This document shows positions 19,391 to 28,998 of a stretch of DNA of 64,000 bases, piece by piece; position 1 is the first letter of the stretch, and every line of letters starts with the position of its first letter. Location of the stretch: positions 92,469 to 156,468 of the forward strand of contig JBGSOV010000002.1 in the NCBI GenBank assembly GCA_041738935.1. Direction: 5' to 3'. The notes beneath the pieces are model-generated. The model made no database searches. It was not told the origin of the DNA and saw nothing but the letters and a program-made list of their open reading frames with translations. This DNA is from Candidatus Altimarinota bacterium. Lineage in GTDB: Bacteria > Patescibacteriota > Gracilibacteria > CAIRYL01 > GCA-016699755. Position numbers and translations under genes: made by a program.

Positions 19391-20662
19391 ATGACGAGAA
19401 TTTTTTCTGGCGTTTTGGCAACAAGCCTTTTGCTTTTTGTGTCTGGACTTCCGGTCTTTAGCCATTCCGCTCAAGCCGCAAGTGAGGAGCCGACAATCTA
19501 CATTTTTTCACAAGAATCTTGTGGTCATTGTCAGGATGAACTCGCATTTTTGGCGCGCGAATTACCGGATATTTCCGTAGTTGATATGGAATTGAGCGCC
19601 GATCCAAAGAATCGCGAATGGTTTACTCAAGTTGCCGAGCGCTTCGAGCTTGTCAAAGGTACCCCAATTACCATCGTTGGCAAAACTGTTATTGGTGGCT
19701 TTCGTGATGGTTCGCGCATCACAAAAACATTGGAAGAGTCGACAGTATTTTTGTCGCCTGAAGAGATTTTAACCGACCCTTGCGCACGCGCTTATGGCGG
19801 TTTGGCAATCGAACCAAATGTTTGCACCGAAGAAGTCGTCGTCGACCCAAATGCTCAGACAGATGCCGATACGTGTGACGATGGCGAACTTTGTGCACCG
19901 AAGCAAGCCGATGTCGAAACAATTTTGCAAGGATTGCCATTGGTCAGTGGATTTTTGGGGAGCGAATATTCGCTTCCGACAATTGCTGCTGTTCTGGGTG
20001 TCATCGACGGTTTTAATCCGTGCGCAATGTGGGTGCTTGTTGTGTTTTTACTCGCGCTTGTTCAGATTGGTGATCGGGTCAAAATGACGCTTGTCGCTGG
20101 GACATTCTTACTGGCAGAAGCGCTCATGTATACCTTGATTTTGACACTGTGGATGAAGACCTTCGATTTTGTCGGAATTTCGAATGTCGTTACGGTGATT
20201 GTCGGTATCGTTGCGATTGGCGCGGGTGGATTTTTTCTGTGGGAAGGGATTTTTACCGATGGAACATGTAAAGTAACGAACATTCATCAGCGACGAAAAA
20301 TTTCTTCAAAAATTCAAGCGATTGCGAATAATCCACTCAGTTGGGGCATGTTTGCGGCTATTTTAGCACTTGCCTTTTCGGTTAATGTTATCGAATTTGC
20401 TTGCAGTATTGGGATTCCACAATCCTTCACTTTGATTCTCAGTCAGTCAGCGCTGAGTGGCATCGAAACAGCTGGACTCATTGCTGTCTATATTGTCGGC
20501 TATATGATTGATGACTTGATTGTATTTGGGATTGCACTCTACTCCATCGAAAAAATCGGTATCACGCACAAATTCAGCAAGGCCACGAATATTTTGGGTG
20601 GTGCACTCATGCTGCTCCTTGGTCTTCTGCTAATTTTTGCGCCAGATATTTTAAGATTTTAG
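19391..20662 (+). CDS. secreted glutaredoxin/thioredoxin-like domain (CGHC) fused to a CcdA/DsbD-like transmembrane thiol-disulfide transporter domain
   Basis: Signal peptide MTRIFSGVLATSLLLFVSGLPVFSHSAQA. IYIFSQESCGHCQDE. Membrane domain with GFNPCAMWVL and IEFACSIGIP Cys motifs. Confidence 0.6.
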   Translation: MTRIFSGVLATSLLLFVSGLPVFSHSAQAASEEPTIYIFSQESCGHCQDELAFLARELPDISVVDMELSADPKNREWFTQVAERFELVKGTPITIVGKTVIGGFRDGSRITKTLEESTVFLSPEEILTDPCARAYGGLAIEPNVCTEEVVVDPNAQTDADTCDDGELCAPKQADVETILQGLPLVSGFLGSEYSLPTIAAVLGVIDGFNPCAMWVLVVFLLALVQIGDRVKMTLVAGTFLLAEALMYTLILTLWMKTFDFVGISNVVTVIVGIVAIGAGGFFLWEGIFTDGTCKVTNIHQRRKISSKIQAIANNPLSWGMFAAILALAFSVNVIEFACSIGIPQSFTLILSQSALSGIETAGLIAVYIVGYMIDDLIVFGIALYSIEKIGITHKFSKATNILGGALMLLLGLLLIFAPDILRF

Positions 20663-20752
20663 GGTGGCAACGGAAGCTGGTTGACTGCAAATGACGGTTT
20701 TTGACTATGATGTCTTTGCAAAGCTTGCTCTGTATCGACTATAGTTTGAGGC

Positions 20753-22195
20753 ATGGTTTACATGCCGATGCGAAATATTCATAAATGTCCCGTGTCGAGA
20801 GTGGTTATCGAGGCAGCAGATAGATTTGGACATTCAACACAAGATGTAGGTCAGATTGAAGCTCTTATTAATGATGAGGAGAAGAAATTTTTAGAAACTA
20901 TAATAGGTAATTTGCCCGAATTAAAAATAGGAATGACATTTGGAGCACATCCATATGAGGCGCTTCGGGATGGACAGCTCCTCTATTTGACCGAGCAAAT
21001 GCGGTCTGCTTTTGAACAGTTTCTACAAATAGACTCACCCCAACAAGCTGACCATGGAGGCATCGAACAACCAAGGTTTGGTACTTATAGTGAGAATGAA
21101 GCATTCGCAATCGAAAAGGATTGGCAGCTGCTTCTCTCGAGAGCTCAGCAATTACGAGAAAAGATTATGGAAAGTATTGTGGAAAAAGGTATCCATTTGC
21201 TGCACGATATGCCGGTGCCATTTGAATATGCAGAAAATACCGGTATTGATCCGGATACAAAGTTGTTTGATGCCATTGATGTACAACAACGGAGGTCAGA
21301 ATTGCAAGAAATTCGTGCTACTGGCGATAGTGAGTCGATTGCTGCAAAAGAAAATGAAATCGCTGATGCGGTTCAAAACATTCTACGGCTCTACAAATTT
21401 CAACCAAATTCGAATTTCCCCAGAACAAATCTGAAAACTCGCGAAACCAATTGTATTGCTTTAGCAATTATTGCTGCGGAAATATTTGAAGAAATCGGTA
21501 TAAAACATGTTGTTGTAGATTTTGATGATGGTGCGCATACTTTTAATATGATAATTACCAGCAATGATGAAGTTCGAGTAAAAGAAATGCAGTTTCGCCC
21601 TCATGCTAGCGAGGTTCTGCAAGACGATGAAATTATTAATGGAGGAGATACACAAAGCATTCTTGACTTCGCAAATTCTCATGATGAAAACGGTCCAGTG
21701 CTCACCGTCAAACTCAAGGGAAAATCAATAAAGACGCAGCGTCATATCGATATTTGCAAAATGCGTGTAATTGATTCAAAGCTGGCGAGTAAAGTCATGC
21801 TCCTCAATGCTCTTGGTTGTCAATTAAACAGAGAAGGAAAACAAGATGCTGCTATTGAAGCTTTTCTTATGGCACAGAGTTATGGGACTATCGATGCCAC
21901 ACCTCAAATAGGGATGGCTATATCTTATGATCAACTCAACAACATGCAGGCTGCTACCATTATTTTTGCAAAATCGATATTGCAAAATCCCGACAAGGCA
22001 TATCCTTACTACGGACTTTCTGTCGTACTCCAAAAAGCTGGTTATCTCACCGAAGCAATAGCTGCGTGTAAAAAGTGTATAGACTTGGGTGGAACAGCAT
22101 GTTCACATAAGCATCTTGAAAATCTTCTCAGCCAAGAGCACGGTCCGTCTACATCTGATACATCTGCCACCGAATTGTCTCGCGTAGCCGCATGA
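20753..22195 (+). CDS. hypothetical protein with transglutaminase-like Cys/His core and C-terminal TPR-like repeats
   Basis: ETNCIALAIIAAEIFEEIGIKHVVVDFDDGAHTFNMII has the Cys..His spacing of transglutaminase-like proteases. C-terminal helical repeats (AIEAFLMAQSY.., AYPYYGLSVVLQKAGYLTEAIAACKKCIDLG). Confidence 0.4.
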   Translation: MVYMPMRNIHKCPVSRVVIEAADRFGHSTQDVGQIEALINDEEKKFLETIIGNLPELKIGMTFGAHPYEALRDGQLLYLTEQMRSAFEQFLQIDSPQQADHGGIEQPRFGTYSENEAFAIEKDWQLLLSRAQQLREKIMESIVEKGIHLLHDMPVPFEYAENTGIDPDTKLFDAIDVQQRRSELQEIRATGDSESIAAKENEIADAVQNILRLYKFQPNSNFPRTNLKTRETNCIALAIIAAEIFEEIGIKHVVVDFDDGAHTFNMIITSNDEVRVKEMQFRPHASEVLQDDEIINGGDTQSILDFANSHDENGPVLTVKLKGKSIKTQRHIDICKMRVIDSKLASKVMLLNALGCQLNREGKQDAAIEAFLMAQSYGTIDATPQIGMAISYDQLNNMQAATIIFAKSILQNPDKAYPYYGLSVVLQKAGYLTEAIAACKKCIDLGGTACSHKHLENLLSQEHGPSTSDTSATELSRVAA

Positions 22196-23780
22196 GTTCT
22201 GGATACGCATAAAAGAACCGAATTTTATCATACGCCGGAGTCCTTTGGATGGGCAAGTCGCTCCAAACAAATACCGCAAAACTTTCGGCAAAATCTTCTT
22301 CCGAACTCCACAACGCATAATCTGTCAAAAAATCGGCAGCATATTTTTTGCCGAGTGCTTCCATTATTGCGCGACGATTTTTGTCATCAAGCGCTTCTTC
22401 GAGTTGTAAAAATTTTTCTCCATACGGCAGCCAAAACTGTTTCCGAAATTCTTTCAGATACGAATCACGCATTTTTGCTTTGCCTGCAAAATTCTCATCT
22501 TGGCAAATATCGGCAATACTCCCTATTTGATCTTCTTGTTCTGACAGAGCAATCATGTGCGCATATTCGTGTGTGAGGACAAAAATAAGATCAGCGATAT
22601 CAATCGGATCAAAACGCAAGGTGATGCCATTATCATCTGTATTCCGCAGGGTGTCGCTTACTGAGCCATCGACACCGTCAGAAAAAATTACAAAATCTTT
22701 TACAGCAGCGAGATATTTATGCGGAAAAATATTCACAAGTGTTGACCAGATTTTGGCATGAATAGCTTTGTCTTCTTGTAATATTTCCAGATGCTGCGGT
22801 ACGCGAAAATCTTCATGCTTCGAAAATCCAAAATTCTTAATTTGGTAGTGAGTGATTTTGATGGGTGTGTCTTCATGAAAATAATATTCATCTGGAACCG
22901 GCGCAGTGCTAAAAGTCAAAATAGTTTGGGCAAAATCCGCGATGGCTTTTTCATCGCGCTGGCATGCGTCATTACTTTGGCAATTTTGTTCGCAGCTTTG
23001 CCGAGCGGCATCAAATGTTTCATTCTTCAGACAATCGGCAGCAGTTTGCTTCTCGGCAGTAAAAACTTTTTCAACGAGCACCGGGCACGTATCAACAGAC
23101 AAATCGATACTCGGCAAAGATGGAATTTTGTAATTGCTAGATGGCGTAGCATTCAGTGAGACAGCTTTTGTTTTTGTAACAGGTAATTGCCGTTTTTGAT
23201 AAAAAACATGAGAGAGCAGCAGTGCGGTGTCGCCACGCGAGATGAAAGCAAGAGGCGAAAAATCGATATTTTCCAATGAATATTCTTGGCTGAGTGCACT
23301 CCAATATTTATGATGCCATTCGCCCGCAAGCGGCACTTTTACGCCAGCTGCTTCTGCCACAATTTTCGCAGCTTCGGCATAAGTAATCGCAAGTTCGGGG
23401 CGAAAAGTTTGGTCGGAATAGCCATTAATCAAGTTTTTTTTCTTTGCAATACAAATATACGGTGCAAACCAATCGGTCAAATCAACATCACGAAAGGTTT
23501 GAGTGAATCCTGAATCATATAGACAAGTTGCGATTTCTGTTTTTGTAAAAACGACACTTGTCACCATTTTGGTGAAAGCAGCGCGGCTTATTTGTTTGTG
23601 CGGCAAAAAAATATTCCCCGCAAATCCCTGAATAATATCTTGTTCTTGCAATGTTGTTATTGCTTTTCCTAATTCGGTTTGCGCATCAACGTCTCTAAAA
23701 TCTGCGAACGCCTTTGGTGCGATTAACGCAAAACCACAAAATAAAAACAAAAATATAAACGCTGACAAAATTCTTCTCAT
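22149..23780 (-). CDS. secreted SLH-domain protein with C-terminal HExxH putative zinc metallopeptidase domain
   Basis: Signal peptide MRRILSAFIFLFLFCGFALIAPKAFA. SLH repeats (FRDVDAQTELGKAITTLQEQDIIQGFAGNIFLP; FRDVDLTDWFAPYICIAKKKNLINGYSDQTFRP). LTHEYAHMIALSE. Its 3' end overlaps the convergent gene by 47 nt. Confidence 0.6.
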   Translation of the reverse strand: MRRILSAFIFLFLFCGFALIAPKAFADFRDVDAQTELGKAITTLQEQDIIQGFAGNIFLPHKQISRAAFTKMVTSVVFTKTEIATCLYDSGFTQTFRDVDLTDWFAPYICIAKKKNLINGYSDQTFRPELAITYAEAAKIVAEAAGVKVPLAGEWHHKYWSALSQEYSLENIDFSPLAFISRGDTALLLSHVFYQKRQLPVTKTKAVSLNATPSSNYKIPSLPSIDLSVDTCPVLVEKVFTAEKQTAADCLKNETFDAARQSCEQNCQSNDACQRDEKAIADFAQTILTFSTAPVPDEYYFHEDTPIKITHYQIKNFGFSKHEDFRVPQHLEILQEDKAIHAKIWSTLVNIFPHKYLAAVKDFVIFSDGVDGSVSDTLRNTDDNGITLRFDPIDIADLIFVLTHEYAHMIALSEQEDQIGSIADICQDENFAGKAKMRDSYLKEFRKQFWLPYGEKFLQLEEALDDKNRRAIMEALGKKYAADFLTDYALWSSEEDFAESFAVFVWSDLPIQRTPAYDKIRFFYAYPELMRLRETIRWQMYQM

Positions 23781-23874
23781 GCCAAAAATAATAATCATGC
23801 AATAAATATCAAATTTTGGAAGAAAAAGAAAAAGATTCTTCTATGTTTTTCTTTAGGATGACAATTGCTTCAAC

Positions 23875-26214
23875 TTGCTTCTCTCTGGCATACTGCAAGC
23901 ACTTTTTTACGGACATTTGGAACCGATACTTTCTATCATCGACAAGGACGATGACACGATTGCTAATATTTTTGCAGATAATCTGGTAGCGCTTACTCCT
24001 GACGAAGGGCGCCAAGTTGCTGCGCTTCTGGGACGAAATCCGACTTTGACCGAAGCGACGATTTGGGGAATTCAGGGCTCAGAACATTCAAGCTACAAAT
24101 CATCACGCAAATATCTCAGATTATTACCAACCACAGGAAAACACGTTTTGATGGGTCCGGGTGAAGATGCAGGCGTCGTCAAATTTCACGAATCCAAAAC
24201 AACCGGCGAAACCTACGGAATCGTCTACGCGCACGAATCGCACAATCATCCCAGCCAAGTCGTGCCGTTTGAAGGCGCGGCAACTGGAGTCGGCGGTATT
24301 TGCCGCGATATTGCGTGCATGGGCGGCAGAGTTATCGGCGCACTAGATGCTTTGCGTTTTGGCGATATCAATCGACCAGAAACCAAACGTATCGCTGCTG
24401 GCGTTGTGGCAGGAGTCGGCGGCTATGGAAACCCACTCGGCGTGCCAAACTTGGGCGGCGATGCTTTTTTTGAAGAAACTTTTAACAACAATTGTCTCGT
24501 CAATGTCGTGGCGCTTGGTGTGCTCAAGTGGAAAAACTTAATTCACTCATATGCACCCGACAATGCAGCAGATGATGGCTATGAGTTTGTTCTGGTTGGT
24601 AAACCGACGGATCGTAGTGGATTTGGTGGCGCATCATTTGCGAGTGCAAATCTCAAAGAATCTGATCAAGAAAAAAACAAAGGTGCCGTACAAGAGCCGA
24701 ATCCATTTTTAGAACGTCACCTCTTCGCTTCATTTTACGATCTCTTTGAGCGACTCGAACAATCTGGCGACTTGGGCAGAATCGCATTCAAAGACCTTGG
24801 TGCTGGCGGCAATTTGTGCGCTACTGTCGAACTCGTTGCAGAGAAGGGTTTTGGTGCCGAAATCGATGTTGCCAAAATTCATGTGGCAGAGGCAGGTTTA
24901 CCAGCGGCAGTTATCTTGTGCGCCGAAACGCAAGAGCGCTTTTGTTTTGCCGTTCCGCCAGATTTGACCGAAATGCTGCTCGAACATTTTAACGAGCGAT
25001 GGGATTTTCCCAATGTTATGACGGGCGCGCGCGCCAGTCGTATCGGTAAAGTCACGCACGATGGTATTTATATCGCGCGTTATCAAGGCGAAGATGTTTG
25101 TCATGCCAAGGCAACAGATATCACCGAAGGAATTGTCGTTGACCGGCCCTTTGCTGAGCAAAAAAATGAGCAGCAGAATTTTCAAATGCCGACAGATTTC
25201 GACAAACAAGATTTCTTTTGGCAATTACTCGCTTCCGAAAATATCGCGAGTCTGCGACCTTTTACCGAAACTTACGACCAAACGGTGCAAGGCAACACTC
25301 TTCTTACTCGAGACGAAACGGAAGCAGTGGTGTTTACTCCGCTAAGAGATTTTGCTGATCTTCCAGAAATTGAACAAAATTTGTGTGCAGTTGTTTCTGT
25401 TGCTGGCCCAGCACGAATCGGACGGATTTCTCCTCAATTGCAAGGAAAATTGGCAGTGGTGCAGGCAATTCTCAAAACTGTCGCTGTTGGTGCAGAGCCA
25501 CTTTCGCTGACTGATTGTCTTAATTATGGCAATCCCGAAGATCCCGCACAAATGTGGCAATTCAAAACCGGTATTGAAGGTGTTGCCGAAGCCGCCAAAA
25601 TTCTTGACACTCCTTTTGTTTCGGGTAATGTCTCGCTTTATAACTGTTCCGAACATGGCTCAATCAGCGCTTCCGCGATTATTTCGTGCCTTGCAAAAAT
25701 GGGCGAAAATATCCTTCCTCGTCGAAATACTTTTGCCGCAGCTGGTAATCATCTTGTCGTCCTCGGACAACTTGGTAACGAGCTTGCGGGCAGCGAAGCG
25801 GCACGCTTGATGAACAATCAACTCGGCAATACTGGCTTTGACCTCGATTTGCAAGAAATCCGCAGTATCACCGAATTGACACTCGTCGCGGGGAATCGTC
25901 TGCTTTCTGCCGCGATTATTGCCGAAGGTGGTTTGGCAGCGACACTGCTCAAAATGGCTGCGCGTGGCAATATTGGTGCCCAGATTACCACAACCCTTTC
26001 TCTCGAAAACTGGTTCTCAGAAAAGCCCGCGCTGCTTGTCGAAATCGCGAGCGAGGATTTGCCAGTGCTCAAAACAATGGCGAAAGAAAAGCAGAGTGTA
26101 CTGACCGAACTTGGCACAACCGGAGGAAATATTCTCAGTATCGCTGATATTGGTGATTTTGAATTAGAGCGTTTGCACGAAGTGTACTTTCATTCGTTAC
26201 GCGCCAAAAAATGA
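23875..26214 (+). CDS. purL: phosphoribosylformylglycinamidine synthase subunit PurL (FGAM synthase II)
   Basis: GIQGSEHSSYKSS, GPGEDAGVV, AHESHNHPS, GAATGVGGICRD, GKPTDRSGFGGASFAS. No ATG is available, so TTG 23875 is assumed and the start is uncertain. Confidence 0.9.
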   Translation: MLLSGILQALFYGHLEPILSIIDKDDDTIANIFADNLVALTPDEGRQVAALLGRNPTLTEATIWGIQGSEHSSYKSSRKYLRLLPTTGKHVLMGPGEDAGVVKFHESKTTGETYGIVYAHESHNHPSQVVPFEGAATGVGGICRDIACMGGRVIGALDALRFGDINRPETKRIAAGVVAGVGGYGNPLGVPNLGGDAFFEETFNNNCLVNVVALGVLKWKNLIHSYAPDNAADDGYEFVLVGKPTDRSGFGGASFASANLKESDQEKNKGAVQEPNPFLERHLFASFYDLFERLEQSGDLGRIAFKDLGAGGNLCATVELVAEKGFGAEIDVAKIHVAEAGLPAAVILCAETQERFCFAVPPDLTEMLLEHFNERWDFPNVMTGARASRIGKVTHDGIYIARYQGEDVCHAKATDITEGIVVDRPFAEQKNEQQNFQMPTDFDKQDFFWQLLASENIASLRPFTETYDQTVQGNTLLTRDETEAVVFTPLRDFADLPEIEQNLCAVVSVAGPARIGRISPQLQGKLAVVQAILKTVAVGAEPLSLTDCLNYGNPEDPAQMWQFKTGIEGVAEAAKILDTPFVSGNVSLYNCSEHGSISASAIISCLAKMGENILPRRNTFAAAGNHLVVLGQLGNELAGSEAARLMNNQLGNTGFDLDLQEIRSITELTLVAGNRLLSAAIIAEGGLAATLLKMAARGNIGAQITTTLSLENWFSEKPALLVEIASEDLPVLKTMAKEKQSVLTELGTTGGNILSIADIGDFELERLHEVYFHSLRAKK

Positions 26215-26771
26215 ATATTCTAGAAATCGTTGTTCTGCTCCTTCTCGTTTTTATCAATTTGTCCGTTGCATTTCTTTCAATCGGAGTTTTGTTTGGTGCT
26301 AGTTTTGGTGCACCGTTTGTGCCCAGTTCGCGCAAGTCGATCGACAAAATGCTCGAACTCGCTGGACTGCAAACAGGCGATGTCATTTTTGATTTGGGCT
26401 GTGGTGACGGGCGCATTGTTTTTGCCGCTGCAAAATGCGGCGCTGCCAAAAGTATTGGCATCGAGATTTCACCACTCGTGTACATTATCGCGAAAGTAAG
26501 AAATCTATTTTCTGGGAACAAACACACCGAAATCCGCTTTGGCAATATTTTTTCACAAACGGATTACAATGAGGCAAATGTAATATTTGCCTTTTTGATG
26601 CCGCATTTGATGCAAAAAGTCTTTGCCGAAATTTGGCCACAATTAGCGCCCGGCGCGCGGATTATTTCGTCTTCGTTTTTTTCGAAAGATATCACGCCCG
26701 ATCTCATTATTCCTCGCGACAAAGGTCAAAACAAGATTGCCGTCTATATCAAAAAAGTCGCTGCTGAGTAA
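26211..26771 (+). CDS. class I SAM-dependent methyltransferase, N-terminal TM helix
   Basis: Motif I VIFDLGCGDGRIV. Its start overlaps the purL stop (ATGA). Confidence 0.7.
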   Translation: MNILEIVVLLLLVFINLSVAFLSIGVLFGASFGAPFVPSSRKSIDKMLELAGLQTGDVIFDLGCGDGRIVFAAAKCGAAKSIGIEISPLVYIIAKVRNLFSGNKHTEIRFGNIFSQTDYNEANVIFAFLMPHLMQKVFAEIWPQLAPGARIISSSFFSKDITPDLIIPRDKGQNKIAVYIKKVAAE

Positions 26772-26841
26772 TTGAGCGCTTCTACGCGCCTCTTGTTCCA
26801 CCACGGCAAATCTGTCATACTTGCAGTCGATTTTATGACAC

Positions 26842-27510
26842 ATGGCAGAAGGAGAATCCAATCCCAACTTTGACGCGTTTCCTGGTTCGGCAAGTGGCTC
26901 AGAAAAAGTCCGCGAAACCGATGAACAGTTTCAAGAACGCTATCGGCAAGCCCAAGCTGCTGTCAAAAAAATTCGACAAGAAGAACAAAAAAAGAAAGCG
27001 CAAGACAATTCACTTGCCACAATCATTACCGCTTTTTTGCAAGACGGCAATCGAACGGCATTTTTTATTCTCATCACGCGTTTATCCGCTCGTGATATTC
27101 CGAGCGATTTGATTTTGGCCGTGATTGCACTCGTTTTTGCGCCCGCTGCCGAGCAAATCGATCACAAACTGCTTTTGCTCCCCGAAGCCAAACCAGAAGA
27201 ATCTTCCAGAGAAAAACATGCGCTGTTTAGTGATGTCGAAAAACAACGCATTGATGCATGGACAAATGGAATTTTGCGGATTGCTCGCACCGAGCCACAA
27301 CAGATTCTTGTAACAGCCCGAGAAATCGATGGCGAACCTAATCGTTCGCTTGTGCAACTTTTTGCCTTGGTGCTGCGCGAATTTTTAGAAACTGGCGAAC
27401 ATGGCGATCTCGAAATCGAAAATCTACAAGCCTTTGGTGAAACTTTTTTTGGCACTGTGATGGCTGATTTAGAACAACAAGTAGGAGAAGAATATTTGCT
27501 CGAAGAATGA
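26842..27510 (+). CDS. hypothetical protein (charged N-terminus, one hydrophobic segment)
   Basis: 222-aa ORF with no recognised motif. Its stop overlaps the ribH start (ATGA). Confidence 0.5.
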   Translation: MAEGESNPNFDAFPGSASGSEKVRETDEQFQERYRQAQAAVKKIRQEEQKKKAQDNSLATIITAFLQDGNRTAFFILITRLSARDIPSDLILAVIALVFAPAAEQIDHKLLLLPEAKPEESSREKHALFSDVEKQRIDAWTNGILRIARTEPQQILVTAREIDGEPNRSLVQLFALVLREFLETGEHGDLEIENLQAFGETFFGTVMADLEQQVGEEYLLEE

Positions 27511-27983
27511 GTCTCTGGCGAGCAGAATTCCCTCGGCTGATTGATCCTACAGCGCGGATTTGTATCGTGGCGGCAGAATTTAATGATAGTTTTGTCGAAC
27601 CCCTGCTCGAGCAAACCATACGCGGGCTCAAACGCTGCGGCGTGGACGAAACCCATATCGAAGTCGTAGATGTTCCCGGTAGTTTCGAATTACCATTTGC
27701 CTGTCGCAAGGCAGCGCTTTGCGGTCAATTTGATGCGGTGATTGCTCTTGGCGTCATTATTCGCGGAGAGACATTCCATTTTGAGCTGGTGGCGAATGCA
27801 GCTGAGGAAGGAATTTTACGCATCAATCTTGAAGCACCAACGCCAGTAATTTTTGGCGTGCTCGCATGTGAGACGCCCGAACAAGCCGAAGTACGCATCG
27901 AATTGGGACTGGAATTCGCGAAAGCAGCGGTCAAGATGATCAACTTTGATGCAGAGTTTCCACCCATCTTTAAAAGCGAATAG
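27507..27983 (+). CDS. ribH: 6,7-dimethyl-8-ribityllumazine synthase
   Basis: RICIVAAEFNDSF, VPGSFELPFA, FDAVIALGVIIRGETFHFELVANAAEEGI and PVIFGVLACETPEQA align with B. subtilis RibH landmarks. Confidence 0.88.
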   Translation: MSLWRAEFPRLIDPTARICIVAAEFNDSFVEPLLEQTIRGLKRCGVDETHIEVVDVPGSFELPFACRKAALCGQFDAVIALGVIIRGETFHFELVANAAEEGILRINLEAPTPVIFGVLACETPEQAEVRIELGLEFAKAAVKMINFDAEFPPIFKSE

Positions 27984-28013
27984 TCTGCAATATTTTTTAC
28001 TGAAAAAGTATAT

Positions 28014-28940
28014 TCACGCAGCAAAGATTTTGAGAATACCAAGTCCCGCAAGAATGACAAAGATTGCCAGCCATTGCCCAAGTTTAAGCCGTTCTTTATA
28101 GAGAAGTATCGCCAACAAGGACATTGATATCATCTGAATCGAACTGATTGCGGTTTGTCCGACTCCGGGCGAAGCAATACCGTACAATAGCATAGAACCC
28201 CCTGTTCCCAATAATGTGCCTGAAGAATACAAGCCAATCCAAAATACATCTTTTGCCGTCAGCTTTTGTTCTTTTTTTGAGGCGTTATTTTTTATGAGCA
28301 ATTTGCGTATCCAAAAAATTGCGAAAGCAAATACTCCAATCGAAACTTCCCAGGCATACCCTGCTGCCAACAGATTACTTTGCCGTCCGACCCATGCGAC
28401 CAACAAAAATGCTGTTCCCAAAAAGAAGGGGAACAAAAAGACATAAAAAAGCGCCAGCAAATTTACTTCCTTTAAATGCGGCATAGACGACCTGCGTATG
28501 GCAAGAAAAATTACGGCACACAGTATCAAAACAATTGCATAACTTGCTGGCAAGCCAATGCGTTCTTCAAACACAAAATAGCTGAGCAGCAAAAGCCAAA
28601 TCTGTGTCATTTGTTGAAATCCCGAAACAATTCCCACTGGAAAAGTCCGTTGCGACACAAAAATCAGCGTAACCGCAAGCCCACCAAATAGCCCTGCTAA
28701 GAGCAAATAGCCAACAAAAGGCAAAAGACTTTGCAAACTTCCGACTGGCGCAAAAAGCAGTAAGGGCGAGAGCGTCACAATAAAAGAAAGGTTGCGGCAA
28801 GATGTGACCAAGAGTGGATCAAAGCGGCGTCCATAACTGGCGACCAATGTTCCTTGTACTGCATAGCCACACCCTGCGATTACAGCAATAAGCAAAAATA
28901 CCCATGTATAGCCCTGCGGTAAAATAGCGGCAATATCCAT
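28014..28940 (-). CDS. DMT/EamA-like 10-TM permease (paralog B)
   Basis: Collinear and highly similar to 4528..5472 along its whole length. Confidence 0.65.
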   Translation of the reverse strand: MDIAAILPQGYTWVFLLIAVIAGCGYAVQGTLVASYGRRFDPLLVTSCRNLSFIVTLSPLLLFAPVGSLQSLLPFVGYLLLAGLFGGLAVTLIFVSQRTFPVGIVSGFQQMTQIWLLLLSYFVFEERIGLPASYAIVLILCAVIFLAIRRSSMPHLKEVNLLALFYVFLFPFFLGTAFLLVAWVGRQSNLLAAGYAWEVSIGVFAFAIFWIRKLLIKNNASKKEQKLTAKDVFWIGLYSSGTLLGTGGSMLLYGIASPGVGQTAISSIQMISMSLLAILLYKERLKLGQWLAIFVILAGLGILKIFAA

Positions 28941-28998
28941 ATAAACTCAATGAAATTTGTTCTCAAATACATCACGAGCGTATTTTTTTCTCAAGCAC

